From: Octopus sinensis
Taxonomy: Eukaryota
Assembly (NCBI RefSeq): GCF_006345805.1
Contig: NC_042998.1
Location: 176,080,001-176,144,000 of the forward strand
Length of the DNA: 64,000 bases
Direction: 5' to 3'
Shown here piece by piece: positions 52,075 through 64,000 of this stretch. Both the position numbers and the translations under genes were made by a program. How positions within the stretch are numbered: position 1 is the first letter of the stretch; every line of letters begins with the position of its first letter. The notes under the pieces were generated by a model. It was not told where the DNA came from and did no database searches. It saw only the letters and a list, made by a program, of their open reading frames with translations.

Positions 52075-53399
52075 CTTGTTTTATTTATATTTCCTGAGCG
52101 CCATACTAATACAATTGTTCGTTGTTTTCCACCTGCCTTCGTCTTTTGTTTATTTTCATAAAGCTTCCCGTTATATATATATATATACCGGGTAGGGATA
52201 TTAAAAGCTGAAGCTGTTTGTGTAATGAGTGTATTAAATTACACACATTAAAAAAATAATGAGGAATCATAACGAGCTGATCGGAGTGAAGTGTCGTTAT
52301 ATGTGGCTTATGGGGGAAGATATCACAGACGGCCATATACGGTTTGAATCTGGGTGTGTATATGGAGTATGTTTAATGCATATGTATTAGTCTAACATTT
52401 TGTGAAATCATAAAATACCTCCATATTTAAAAATGGTAATTTTACTGCGCAACCGATAGGTTTAGGTATGAAAATATATTATTATTAAGTTACGGTTGTT
52501 CTGTTTCAAAAGGATATCTAATGATGTATACATATTTTTAATTAAGATTTTAATTTTCATTAATTATAAAAGTCCTAAAAATGAAAGATATTACTAAAAT
52601 GAAAATTTAACAGTTATAAAAAAGGTATGTACAAAATTTGTATTTTAATTAATATTCTGATTTTGATTAATTAACTGCCAATCGTTATAGTTATTCATAT
52701 AAGTATCTACATAATTAATCAATGTGTTTTTAAGGAAAATTAATGAATTCTCATATGATTCAGCAATTCTAAATGATCGATAGGTAGACCAAAAGGAACA
52801 ACGTATTTTTCGAAACGAGATATATCTTTAAGGGTTCCATACATAAACGACATTATAGTGATTTGGTTTAGATAGTGGGTGATGCAATTAATATATCCCA
52901 AGTCACCAAAGTACCTGGTTTCTATCAAAATAGGTTATCTTTGATGTTTACAGCATTGTACAATAATATATACATGCATGAACTCACGCGTGTGGGAGAT
53001 TAAAAGAATATTCGTAGAAATAAAATCGATAATTGATAATAAATAATTTTCCCACTTTTAATTTCCTACATACCCACAAAAATAGGCATCTTCTAATGTT
53101 GTTGGTAGAAAAATACAATAATTACACAGTATCTAGTTTGGGAATAAAAATTCGATATGAGACAGAATTCAACATAGAATATTACAGATCTGAATTTGCA
53201 TAATCGTTCAAAGTTTTCCCTGAATTGTTTGTTAGAATGTGCGGACGTAAGTCAAGCCACTTAGATAGGCTATGCAGTAGAAAATGTATGATGGAAAATG
53301 TACATATCTTTTTTTTTCATGTTTCACAAAGTCATTTGGATAATACATGTAGGAAATGTTCGTGTTAGTGCAATAATTTGTGTTGTGGAGTTAAGTGTG

Positions 53400-54830
53400 T
53401 GCAAACAGATAATGATGGCCAGTAAAGAAAAATATCAGAGAACGTGGATATATTTAAGCTGGTAAAAATAAAGCTATATAGACAGTGTCGGAGGAAGTTT
53501 CAAATTCACCTGTGCAACTTAGCATCACACAAATTAGAGATAAGTTTGTAGTAGATGGAACTGTTCAGAATGTTCACATGAAACATTCCAGAAGATAAGG
53601 AATGGTTATAAAAATGTATTGCCAGAATTCAAGAAAGTTTGTGCAGCAAACGAGTCATGAGATAGGAATTTCAAAATTAAGCGCTTGTCGCATTTTGAAG
53701 CGCTGTCAAAATGGAATATAACCTTTTCAGTTATATTCTTGGAATATAACTGAAAAGGTTATATTCCAAGAATAGTCTATGTCACCTGTGAAGATGATCC
53801 AGACTGCAGAGTACTTTTAAGTGTGGTACTTAGCTAAAAGTGTAGAAGATGCACACTTTCCAACAAAGCTTGATTTGAGTGATGAGGCTACATTTAAATG
53901 AACTGGTTTAATTAAATGCCTCAATTGCACCTACTGGGGACCTGAGAATCCGCATATTACAGAGTAAAAGCATATTAATTTATTATGGCGCAGCTTATCG
54001 TCAAAAGGATAAATTGGATCATTCACTTTTGAAGGTACTTAAACTTGTTGCGACTATCTGTCATGCCAAGCATTCAAAATTCCTTTGAAGATGTAGAGTA
54101 TTATTTCCAGTAAGATGGGGTATCCCATTCCCACACTACTTTAGAAATGTAGGGCCTACCTTGATGGGATTTTGCCAAATTGGTAGATTGATCGAAAAGG
54201 TTCAACAGAGTACCCCCTACGTTTATCGTATTTCACAACAGTAAATATTTTTATAAGGATACGTAAAAGATAGACTCAACGGTACAAAATCAACTTTTGT
54301 TGATTTTGTACCGTTTACGGCGGCGAGCTGGCAGTATCGTTAGCACGCCGGGCGAAATGCTCAGCAGTATTTCGTCTGTCGCTACGTTCTGAGTTCAAAT
54401 TCCGCCGAGGTCGACTTTGCCTTTCATCCTTTCGGGGTCGATTAAATAAGTACCAGTTACGCACTGGGGTCGAATTATCGACTTAACCCGTTTATCTGTC
54501 TTTGTTTGTCCTCTCTGTGTTTAGCCCCTTGTGGGTAGTAAAGAAATAGGTACCAAATCAACAAAAGCTGGCGAATTGAGGGCATGCTTTGAACGAGAAT
54601 GGGCACAAATACCGAACGAAATGTTTCTTAATGTTTGCGATTCTATTACTAGGCGCTATCAGTAGTACCTGGACCGGAACGGTCATCAATCTGAAAACAG
54701 GCATTCATAAATAAAAGTAAAATTCCCTCTGTAGACCCTACTAAATTTTGAAAATGAAATGTATTTTAATAAACACTGACTACTTAATCATTCAAATCAT
54801 TCAACGTATGTATACACTTTGGGCGGAAAT
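53400..54830 (+). mobile_element. Highly decayed Tc1/mariner-type transposase relic interrupted by a SINE
   Basis: Fragments ITQIRDKFVVDGTVQNVH and EYPLRLSYFT..GYVKDRL (WPPRSPDLTPLDFFLWGYLK-like); many stops; ends not resolved. Confidence 0.6.
54319..54549 (+). mobile_element. SINE family A, full length
   Basis: Collinear with 42841; imperfect TSD ggtac(a/c)aaatcaac. Confidence 0.9.
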
Positions 54831-55001
54831 TTATATATATTAAAAACAACCTCATTTACTCCATTAGACAGAACTGCCTCGCTTGCTTTTCAAACAATAC
54901 CTGGGGCTTACTAACGCATGCAGAGATAAATCCACAACGAATGTGTCTCCAGTTAACGCATTTATATACCTATATATGTATGTAAACATATACATATATA
55001 A

Positions 55002-55040
<39 letters not shown>

Positions 55041-55044
<4 letters not shown>

Positions 55045-55246
55045 GGAGCTTCTACAGGACTAGAACTGTTTCATTCAAGAGAAATCTTCAGGAAGCTCTG
55101 AAGATTTCTGAGCTTCCTGAAGATTTCTCTTGAATGAAACAGTTCTAGTCCTGTAGAAGCTCCTTCTATATAATAAATTAATTTTACTCTACTATGTATT
55201 GAGTACCTTATTTACTGTGGTTAACCCCGAATCAACCCGGGACCTA
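55041..55246. mobile_element. Head-to-head foldback of the PLE family D terminus; hammerheads at 55047-55097(-) and 55111-55161(+)
   Basis: Same sequence as 26826-26962; 57-bp arms, 13-nt spacer; both ends in (TA)n. Confidence 0.8.
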
Positions 55247-56027
55247 CATATATATATATATATATAATATATATATATATATACATATACACGCATGAAT
55301 AAATATTCAAGTATTTATATGTGTGTGTGAGTGCGTGAACAAGTCACCTATTTCTCAGCAACATACGTTTTATATTATATGCCTGAAAATAATGTTAGTC
55401 TTTATAGGTCGAAAGGTGAAATCTTTTTAAGTGAAAGATGTTGAGTGCTTAGAGGTATAAACAATAAAATGACCCAAGGAAAAACGTCTTTCTTTTTCAC
55501 TTACATTAATGTTGTAGGAGAGACCTATTGACCAAGTGAAGCTTTGTTTATTATTTAGTATTTTTATAATCTGTCTTCGTTTTAAATTGAATTGCTATGA
55601 CAGGTTTGCTTGTAAAAGAGAGTGAGAAATGAAAAACGAGTTAAGGGATAGAGATAAGTACTGATTTTGTCGCACGTATATGATGGTGAAAAGAGAAAAA
55701 GAGAACCACAAGCAATCAAATGCAGTCAAAGAAAGAAAGAAAGTATGGGAGAGTTTGTGAGGGAGGGTATCAAGGATAAGGGGAGATATTGTATAGACAC
55801 AGGAACAGAAGGAGCAAGCTATAGGATGCTTTGAAAGAAAGGCGGCAAGTAGATGTACCAGCGATTATTGAGAGCGCGCGTGAGGGAGAAAGAGAGAGTG
55901 AGGTGGAAAAAGAAGTAAAGAACAACAGAAACAAGGGAGCAAGTTGTAAATAAAAGGGAAACAGTGTAAAAGGAAAGTAAAAATGAATAAAAAGAGCAAG
56001 TAGAAAAGGAACTTGTGTATTATAGGC

Positions 56028-56100
56028 ACAGGCATAGCTGTGTGGTTAAGAAACTCGCTTTGCAACCACATGGTTTCAGGTTCAGTTCCACTAATTTGCT
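56028..56100 (+). mobile_element. SINE family B tRNA-head fragment
   Basis: ggcatagctgtgtggttaagaaactcgctttgcaaccacatggtttcaggttcagttcc. Confidence 0.6.
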
Positions 56101-57776
56101 GGGCAGTTTTTCCTACTTAATGTAATATGCATATATTATCTAATATTTTTTAAAAGCATAATATTGAATATGCCCTTTCATATTAAGGGTGAGGAAAAAT
56201 TGTTTACTATTTCTAGCAAGTCGAATGACTACACAAACATCTTCTTTTGTGGGTTCAGAAGTGAATATGACTGTTATTGCATAGCCCTAGATCGAGCCTT
56301 AGAATACACACCTTGGCATAGCTAAATGTATCAAATTTATCTCCTGGAAGTTAGCTTTTAAGAAATAATGCACCGAGAAAAAGCTTCAATATACAATATA
56401 TTTATTACAGATCTTATATATGCTGGGACAAATAAAGACAAAGAATAGGTAATTTATAGGTAGTTTTTTTTTTGTGGTGGATTTTTTTGGTGGAACGAAT
56501 CGGTCATTCAGAGTGAACTGACCTGCATCTATATCAGATACAATAATTCTTAGACACGTTCAAAATTAAGAATACTTTGTATCAATTTTTCTTTCAAATT
56601 GAAAATCTAAATTGCCTTTATGATTGTTCACTATTAAGAAAAACGTATTCTTTATTTCAGTGGGTATCATTAAAACTAGTACTAGGTTCATGAACTGTAA
56701 ATTTATATTTAGCACAAATTATTAAGTACCACGTGTAACTGCTTCATTTTCGATCAAAATAATTCTGCTTTTTTATATTTTTGCTTCAACTTGTCAAGCA
56801 TGTACGACTATAAACTGTATGATCAGCTAGAGACTCAGCAAATAATTATATATGAAACTCTTCACTCATTTAATTTACTAAACATTTCCAAAAGATGAAA
56901 GGGAAAAGAAAAAAAATATATTGAAATTATTAAATAGCAAATAACTTGAATCGAGTTACCTGATTTCTTCCTCTGTGTTCTCATTAATTGTTTTTTATTG
57001 AAACATTTATAATAAAGGCGAAAACAAATAAATTATTGAAAGAACATTGTAACATTTGCAAGAAATATATTAAAAAATAAAAATATAAATATAATAAGTG
57101 GAATATTATTGAAATATGAAAGGGAAACCAAAACATTAGGGAAATAAATAATGAAATATGTTTAAGGTAATGAAATATGTTTAAGGAAACGGGGAAAATG
57201 ATTAAAATAACATTGAAAGACTCTACAACATTCAAATCGTTTCTATCACCCAGATATCAGGGGAAGCTCCCTACTGCTGACGACCTACCCAAGTACAGAA
57301 ATGATTTGCATATCATGGAGTGATAAACTCTATAAATAAATACAAAAGCATTGTATAGAACGATGCCTATATATTTACATATGCATACAAAAGTGCACAC
57401 ATACAAGCATGTATGTGTGTATATGTGTGTGTGCATGTGTGTGTGTGTGTGTATGTATGTATGTGTGTGTGTATGTGTGCTCTTGTGTCTCTGTGCTGCG
57501 CGTGTTCTGTGCGTAAGTATTAAGTTGCACCCAGATATGTATTTACATTTAGGTTTTCAGAGTCAATTAAGAAATGAAAACAGAGCAGCACCGCGAGCAA
57601 AAGCAATCTATTTAGCTTTCGCTTAGTAAACTGAAACTATTTACACAACCAATGTCCATCTCAAATAGCTTGCGGTGTTCATTGTTGCATGAACGTCATG
57701 TTGATTTTGAAGAATGTAGAAAGTTTCCTGCTAGTTTCGAGCATGCGTGGTAAAGCTCGCCGTTGATTCATTGGAG

Positions 57777-58036
57777 CAGTGGTTCTCAACAACAGTCCAT
57801 ATGACCCCTCGGGGGTCCATATAAGATTTTGTTGTTAAAATTCATCTGCAATAAATTGGTTATGCTTCTACAATACACAAAGTATTTTACCAATTTTTTA
57901 AAAATACAATTAGTGTCTGATTACTATTTGATTAATATTTAATTACAAAAATACAACAGGATTTTTTTAAATATCGAATGGCTCTGAGGATTAGAATCGA
58001 GGGGGTTCATAGACCAAAAATGGTTGAGAACTAATG
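57777..58036. mobile_element. hAT-like MITE
   Basis: TIRs cagtggttctcaac / gttgagaactaatg; imperfect 8-bp TSD cattggag / catttga(a/g). Confidence 0.7.
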
Positions 58037-58562
58037 CATTTGAATAAAGAGCTGAATCCAAGGAGAACGGTGTATGTGTACAACGGTGACGGTTATTCAA
58101 AACAGGAGTTCATGGCAAGTTGAATTGCCGTAAGGGATCTTGTCCTTTAGCAGATTTTTTAAATATCGAACGGCTCTGAGGATTCACCCGAGTAAAATAA
58201 GAATCGAGGGGGTTCATAGGCCAAAAATGGTTAAGAACCAATGCATTTGAGTAAAAGCTGATCCGAGGAGAACAGTGAATGTGTACAACGGTGACGGTTA
58301 TTCAAAACGGGAGTTCATGGCAAGTTGAATTGCCGTAAGGGATCTTGTCCTTTAGCGGATTTTTTAAAATATCGAATGGCTCTGAGGATTCACCTGAGTC
58401 TAATAAGAATCGAGGGGGTTCATAGGCCAAAAATGGTTAAGAACCAATGCATTTGAGTAAAAGCTGATCCGAGGAGAACTGTTAATGTGTACAATGGCGA
58501 CGGTTATTCAAAACGGGAGTTCATGGCAAGTTGAATTGCCGTGAGGGATCTTGTCCTTTAGC
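57959..58562. repeat. About 200-bp unit x3 tandem repeat (MITE right end plus flank)
   Basis: Units at about 57959, 58152, 58357. Confidence 0.9.
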
Positions 58563-59105
58563 GGAGCGTAGAAAAACACAAAATAGCTGTTTCGACTATC
58601 AGTCTGAAGCGAATTCTTCGTTGAAGGACAAGAGCCCTAAACATTAGACATTTCACATGTCACTGTAAATCAATTTATCAATATTATTTGAAAGTGTGAA
58701 TTTGTTAAGACTTCTAATAAATCACTTGACTGTTCCATGTAACCACACGCCGTCTCATTAGTGTTGATAGAATATTCCTCGAATCGTACCAGTGCAAATA
58801 TCCACTCTTTCAGGTTGGATCAAAGTTGCTCTTACACAACTAGAGGAATACGTGCGTGTGTGCTAGTATATGTGTGAGTATGTGTGTGTGAATATGTGTG
58901 TGCGCGCGTGTGTGTATATACTTAAACACATTCGCACACACAAATACTTATACTTTTAGTAACATAAGTGACTCAAGGGCTGAGAGAATCGTGTATGAAA
59001 TTTTCCCCTTACAAGTGAAACTAGAGATTGATACCATTAACCTCTACATTATTTCCCGACAGTTAACACTAAACGTGTGTATGTCATTATTCAGTTTATT
59101 TCAAG

Positions 59106-59184
59106 ATTTCTTGCCAATAGAGGAAGAACCGGTTTCTAACCTGGAGCCAAAGCTCTTGCATTGGAATATCAACATCAACAACAG
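59106..59184 (+). CDS. Candidate internal exon (DFLPIEEEPVSNLEPKLLHWNININNR)
   Basis: ttcagtttatttcaag acceptor, AGG|gtattt donor, only one open frame, non-repetitive and GC-richer than flanks; no homolog recognised. Confidence 0.4.
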
Positions 59185-59729
59185 GGTATTTTTGTTTGTG
59201 TGTATGTATATATGTATGTATGAATGTACGTAATCATGTATGTTAACAGGGATTTATGTGTGTATGTGTACACACACACACACACATATTTATGCGTGTG
59301 TGTGTGTGTGTATTTATATATTTATGTATATGTATATATACATATATATATAATCAAAATAAGCAACAGGATATCAAGTAGTGATGTAGTACGACCGTTT
59401 CAAGCGGTTCCATTTAATTGAGCAATGCAGTCATTACATCAATTTCAATGCAATGGTTAAGAAACTCTCTTCGCTAACACGTGGGTCTCTGATCCAATCC
59501 CATTTGCTGACATCTAAGGTTAGCGTCTTTGTTCTCAGATCGACCCATACCTTGTGTATGAAACCGCACGGAGAGGCTTCGTCTGATGAACTGAGCCTGT
59601 GATTTAATGGAAATACTTTGCTACACACTGTGTTACGCCGACTGTCACCGAGAATTACGTTAGATGTACACGTCTCGGTGGAACGATCGTTATTGTTGAA
59701 TGTAAGATGTAATGTACGTATGTATAAAT

Positions 59730-59946
59730 GGCAACGTTTTAGCGCGCCGGGCGAAATGCGTAGCAGTATTTCGTCTGTCGCTACGTTCTGAGTTCAAATT
59801 CCGCCGAGGTCGACTTTGCCTTTCATCCTTTTGGGGTCGATAAATTAAGTACCAGTTTCGCACTGGGGTCGATGTAATCGACTTAAACCGTTCGTCTGTC
59901 CTTGTTTGTCCCCTCTATGTTTAGCCTCTTGTGGGTAGTGAAGAAA
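59730..59946 (+). mobile_element. SINE family A, 5'-eroded
   Basis: Collinear with 42841. Confidence 0.85.
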
Positions 59947-60059
59947 TATATGTATATATTCTATATATCCATATATGTTTGTGCGAGCGTGTGTGTACGT
60001 GTGTGTACGTGTGTGTATGTGCATGCGTGCGTGTGCGTGCGTGCATGCTTCTTTCGTTA

Positions 60060-61525
60060 TCTTTTCATTCCAGTGTTAGTGTCACTACTGACCGAAGAGC
60101 TCAACCGACCTCTGTCTTTGACCAGTCTCGCTGGCGAGACCCATATAGTGCTGCGAGCTCTTTACATCATCTCGATTTGAGTCTTGCTCGTAAACTGCTC
60201 CATCCTCTCTCTCTCTCGCTGGTATCGTTCCTCGGTTATTCTTAAATTGTGTGATGTAACCGATCCATCTGTGTTTCTTCCCTGATGACAATTATGATGC
60301 CATCAATTCCTGTCTACTGTCGGATCCAGATGATCCTTTACCGATTTTACTGCTGAGCATGATGTACTGCGCGATTGCGAACGTGTCAATTACGGTAATG
60401 TTTAATGCCCACGTTTCTCTGCCTTTTCACTGGTAAAATGTACTCTGCAATGACCTTGAGTGTGATCCTCAAACTATTCTAGGTGTTTCCCGTGATGTTG
60501 ACCACCTTTTCCATCCAACCTGTTGGGTGGTGTGGATATCGGTGAACATGCCTTCCAGTTCATATTGTGTAAGGGCTGATAGAGCGATGTCGTCTGGTGG
60601 GTGAAAGCTTCTGCTCTCTCATGTGATTTTCCCTATAAAAACATATAAGCAGGAAGTAGACAGCTTTACTGAAATATTTTCTTTTGGTTTCGGTGCCCTC
60701 TTCCAGCCTGGTCGAGTTCTACTGAAGCAGCTTCAGTATCACTAGTGCACCATTATAGAAATCATGTAGTGAGCTGTACGCTGGATAGATTTTCAGGTTC
60801 CCCAACGCCAAGATGAACAGTGTGAATACGTTGTCTAAGCAGTAAGCAGGCGAAATAGAGTGGGATCTTCTACTCGTTGACTTTTCCCTAGAGCTGACAA
60901 ACAACTGCCCCCTCGGTTGGTGCTGTTTTAGGATACGAAGCTTTCTCTAAAGAAGGACCCAAGAGAATATTTTGAACATGATCCGCAGAAGGCTGATCGA
61001 CCGTTAGCTTTTTATGTTCTCTGTATCATTCCTTTTATATTAGAGTGTCCCTTGAAGCGGTCTTCCAGTCGATGGGGACCCTACCAACACCAAGACATTT
61101 GTTGAATAGCATGGTGAACGTCTTAAAGGTGTGATCTTCGTCGTCTTCAACAAAAGTGATAATGATAATGTCCTCATCCCTAGGTTTGTTTCGCTTCAGG
61201 TGATTGATGGCTGCTCTCACTTCAGACAACAGAATGGGAGAAGGAGACAGGCGGGCTGCCTGTCATGCTTGTCTATAAACGTTTGACATACCGCGTCTTC
61301 TTGAGTTATAGAGTTTGATGTAGAATTCTCCACGTCTCTTAAACTGTCAGCTTAGGGCCCTCGGTAAAGGTGACTCATTCCTCCCTCAGGACGAAGATAG
61401 TGTTACTTTCTGGGCATTATTTACCCCTAATAGGCTTTAGCATCCACTTTCAGGGCTCTAAGATGTTTTTCGGAGACGTAGTAATATCTTCCTTCATATA
61501 GTGATTGATGGGTATGGAGATCTTG
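60060..61525 (-). mobile_element. Decayed RTE-clade LINE (RT region and 3' end)
   Basis: VENFYIKLYNS, EVRAAINHLKRNK..LFNKCL..VP.DWK, KVNE.KIPL, PDDIALSA..ELEGMF on the - strand with many stops. Confidence 0.8.
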
Positions 61526-61527
61526 TA

Positions 61528-61800
61528 GTATGTATGTATGTATGTATGTATGTATGTATGTATGTATGTATGTATGTATGTATGTATGTATGTATGTATG
61601 TATGCATGTATGTATGTATGTATGCATGCATGCATGCATGTATGTATGTATGTATGTAGTATGTATGTATATATGTATGTATGTACGTATGTATGTATGT
61701 ATGTATGTATGTATGTATGTATTATGTATGTATGCATGTATGTTTGCATGTATGTATATATGCATGTATGTATGTAGTATGTATGTGTGTGCACGCGTGT
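61528..61800. repeat. (TATG)n microsatellite
   Basis: Directly visible. Confidence 0.97.
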
Positions 61801-62036
61801 ACATGTGTGTGTATGCATATATTTATATATTTTGCAATAGATCTACATATATATTTGCATTTATTCATTAGTTATATTTATATACATACACACATATATA
61901 TGTACAGATATGCATGTATGTATTCACATACATGTATGTATATAGGTATATATGTGTGTGTGTGCGTGTGTGTGTATGTATATGTATATGCTTTTATAAA
62001 TTATGTATGTACGTACGTAATATAAATTATGTATGC

Positions 62037-62081
<45 letters not shown>

Positions 62082-62116
62082 CATGTATAATATCTATATG
62101 CATATCTATTTATGTG

Positions 62117-62147
<31 letters not shown>

Positions 62148-62252
62148 AGTGTATGTGACCAAGACAGAGAATGGGTGCGTTAGGTGGACGCTTGCTGTAT
62201 ACCACATGCGCGTGTGGGGCGATATGTATCTGCATGTGTGTGTGTGTGTGTG

Positions 62253-62283
<31 letters not shown>

Positions 62284-62486
62284 TGTGCACGTGCTGCATT
62301 GTACGCTCTAACTGAATATCCTTTAATTGAATAAAGGTATGCTCGAAAATTATTCAGTCATTCAGTTATTCATTCAGTCATTATTCAATTATCTATTCAT
62401 TCATTGACTCATTCATTCCAACATTTAGTCATTTATTTATTCAATTATGTATTCATTCATTCACTCGTTGTTTCATTCATCAGCAA

Positions 62487-62523
<37 letters not shown>

Positions 62524-62851
62524 GAAATAAAGAAATAAAAATATTAATCCCAGATCTGAACATACTATTTGTGGTACCTTTTAAAACGGTGGAACTTGTT
62601 CAATTGTGTTTAATATCTTATTACCAAAGGAATTAGCCATAATTGATCCAGCAGAGTTCAGTATCTGTCACTCTCCACTATCTCTCACACTTATACACAC
62701 ATCATCTCTCTAGCTCTCCCTCCTTCTCCCCCGCTCTCTCTCTCTCTCTCGCCGCATTCTCATTCTCGTTCCTTTCTCCATGATACATTCACTGCCACTT
62801 AGAGTGCAATCGACCTTATGTTTTGACTGGTATTGCAATACTAATTAACAG

Positions 62852-63243
62852 TGAATCAGACCAGCTCTGAAAATCCTTTGACACATTGCGTTCAAATTGA
62901 AAAGCAAAGTTTTGCCTCTGTTCGTTGCTCATTGAAGACGGGTTGTTTAAACATCTCTTCAGTCTTTACTCAACACCAACATTGTACCACCACCACGACT
63001 ACCACCACCTCAACAACTGCAAAAGCAACATTGTACAATATCAAAACCAATAAGGAGTTAAAACAGCAGCAGCAGCAGCAGCAGCCGTTCAAGAATTTGA
63101 ACCTGGAGATCTCCATTTCCAGCGACTTCGAGGGCCACCTCCTAGTGGTGTCGGGCGTCAACGAAGAGCCCTCAACTACAACAAGACGACCAAAGTTTTT
63201 TTCTTTTTTCAAGGTCTGTGTTCTCCCGCCCCTAAGCCTTTGA
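62852..63243 (+). CDS. Candidate (terminal) coding exon with poly-T/poly-Q and LEISISSDFEGHLLVVSGVNEEP
   Basis: 130-codon open frame, GC-rich coding-like codons at 63100-63240, acceptor aattaacag (or aatcag), stop at 63241; product unknown. Confidence 0.45.
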
Positions 63244-64000
63244 TCATCACCTAATCACCCTTACCCGTCTTGTTGCTTAACAACAACAACAACAACAACA
63301 GCAGCAGCAGCAGCAGTAGAGCCGGCTTCTTTCAAAGTTTAAAAAAAAAGAGGAACTATTTTCTTCTTCGCAATAATTTTGCAGTTACTTAATATTTATG
63401 CCAGTTAAATATTCATTTTTAAAATTACGGCTCATTCTTTGTTGTGTAGGATCATCTGTTTAATTCAACATTCTTTTTACAGTTAAGTTTGTGTTCCATA
63501 TAAATTTTGGAAAGCTCTTCATTAATTGTTTATGGAATTCTGTGACGCCATTTTCCACTCTTTCAACCCTTCTAACTCTTTATACATTCACACGTACATA
63601 CAGCTAACTAGTCAGAGATGCAAATAACCATACGTACACACTATCATCTGCTAGGGTGTGTATGTGCATGCACTTGCATAGTATCTATATATATATGTGT
63701 GTGTGTGAGTATGTGTATGTGTGTGCATGCATGCATCTATGCATGTCTATGTATATATATGTGTGCATATATGTATGTATATGTATGTATATATATATAC
63801 ACACACACACATATATATATACACATATATACATACATACATATATATACACATACATACATACTCGTACACGCACCAACATACCTTCATGAACACACAC
63901 ATACGCGTGCGTGCACACAGACACACACACACAAACACACACACACATACGCACATTTATATATATATATAAAATACTTAAGTGCATAATATTTCTAAAA

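Overview
AT-rich, microsatellite-saturated, intron-like/intergenic animal DNA. The SINE repertoire and style match my recollection of Octopus (coleoid) genomes; this is inference, not a database result. No complete protein-coding gene is visible, only a few candidate + strand exons (best at 59.1 and 62.9 kb), and almost all ORF-track entries are microsatellite read-throughs. The window holds tRNA-derived SINEs, a decayed 5'-truncated CR1-type LINE (17.0-19.8 kb), RTE and RLE (R4/Dong-like) LINE relics, Tc1/mariner, hAT-MITE and Helitron-like relics, and many Penelope-like (PLE) pseudo-LTR fragments. The most notable hidden signal is RNA-level. About 19 hand-folded minimal type I hammerhead ribozyme motifs from about 7 sequence families are present, nearly all with a self-complementary helix III loop. 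Ten lie in two retrozyme-like tandem arrays with one ribozyme per unit (607 bp unit at 30.1-35.2 kb, 364 bp unit at 48.4-49.3 kb). Several sit in head-to-head inverted structures ending in (TA)n tracts. There is also an HDV-like ribozyme remnant at an RTE 5' end, a LINE/SINE pair sharing a covarying 3' stem-loop, and an (AAT)n-targeted retroelement cluster.
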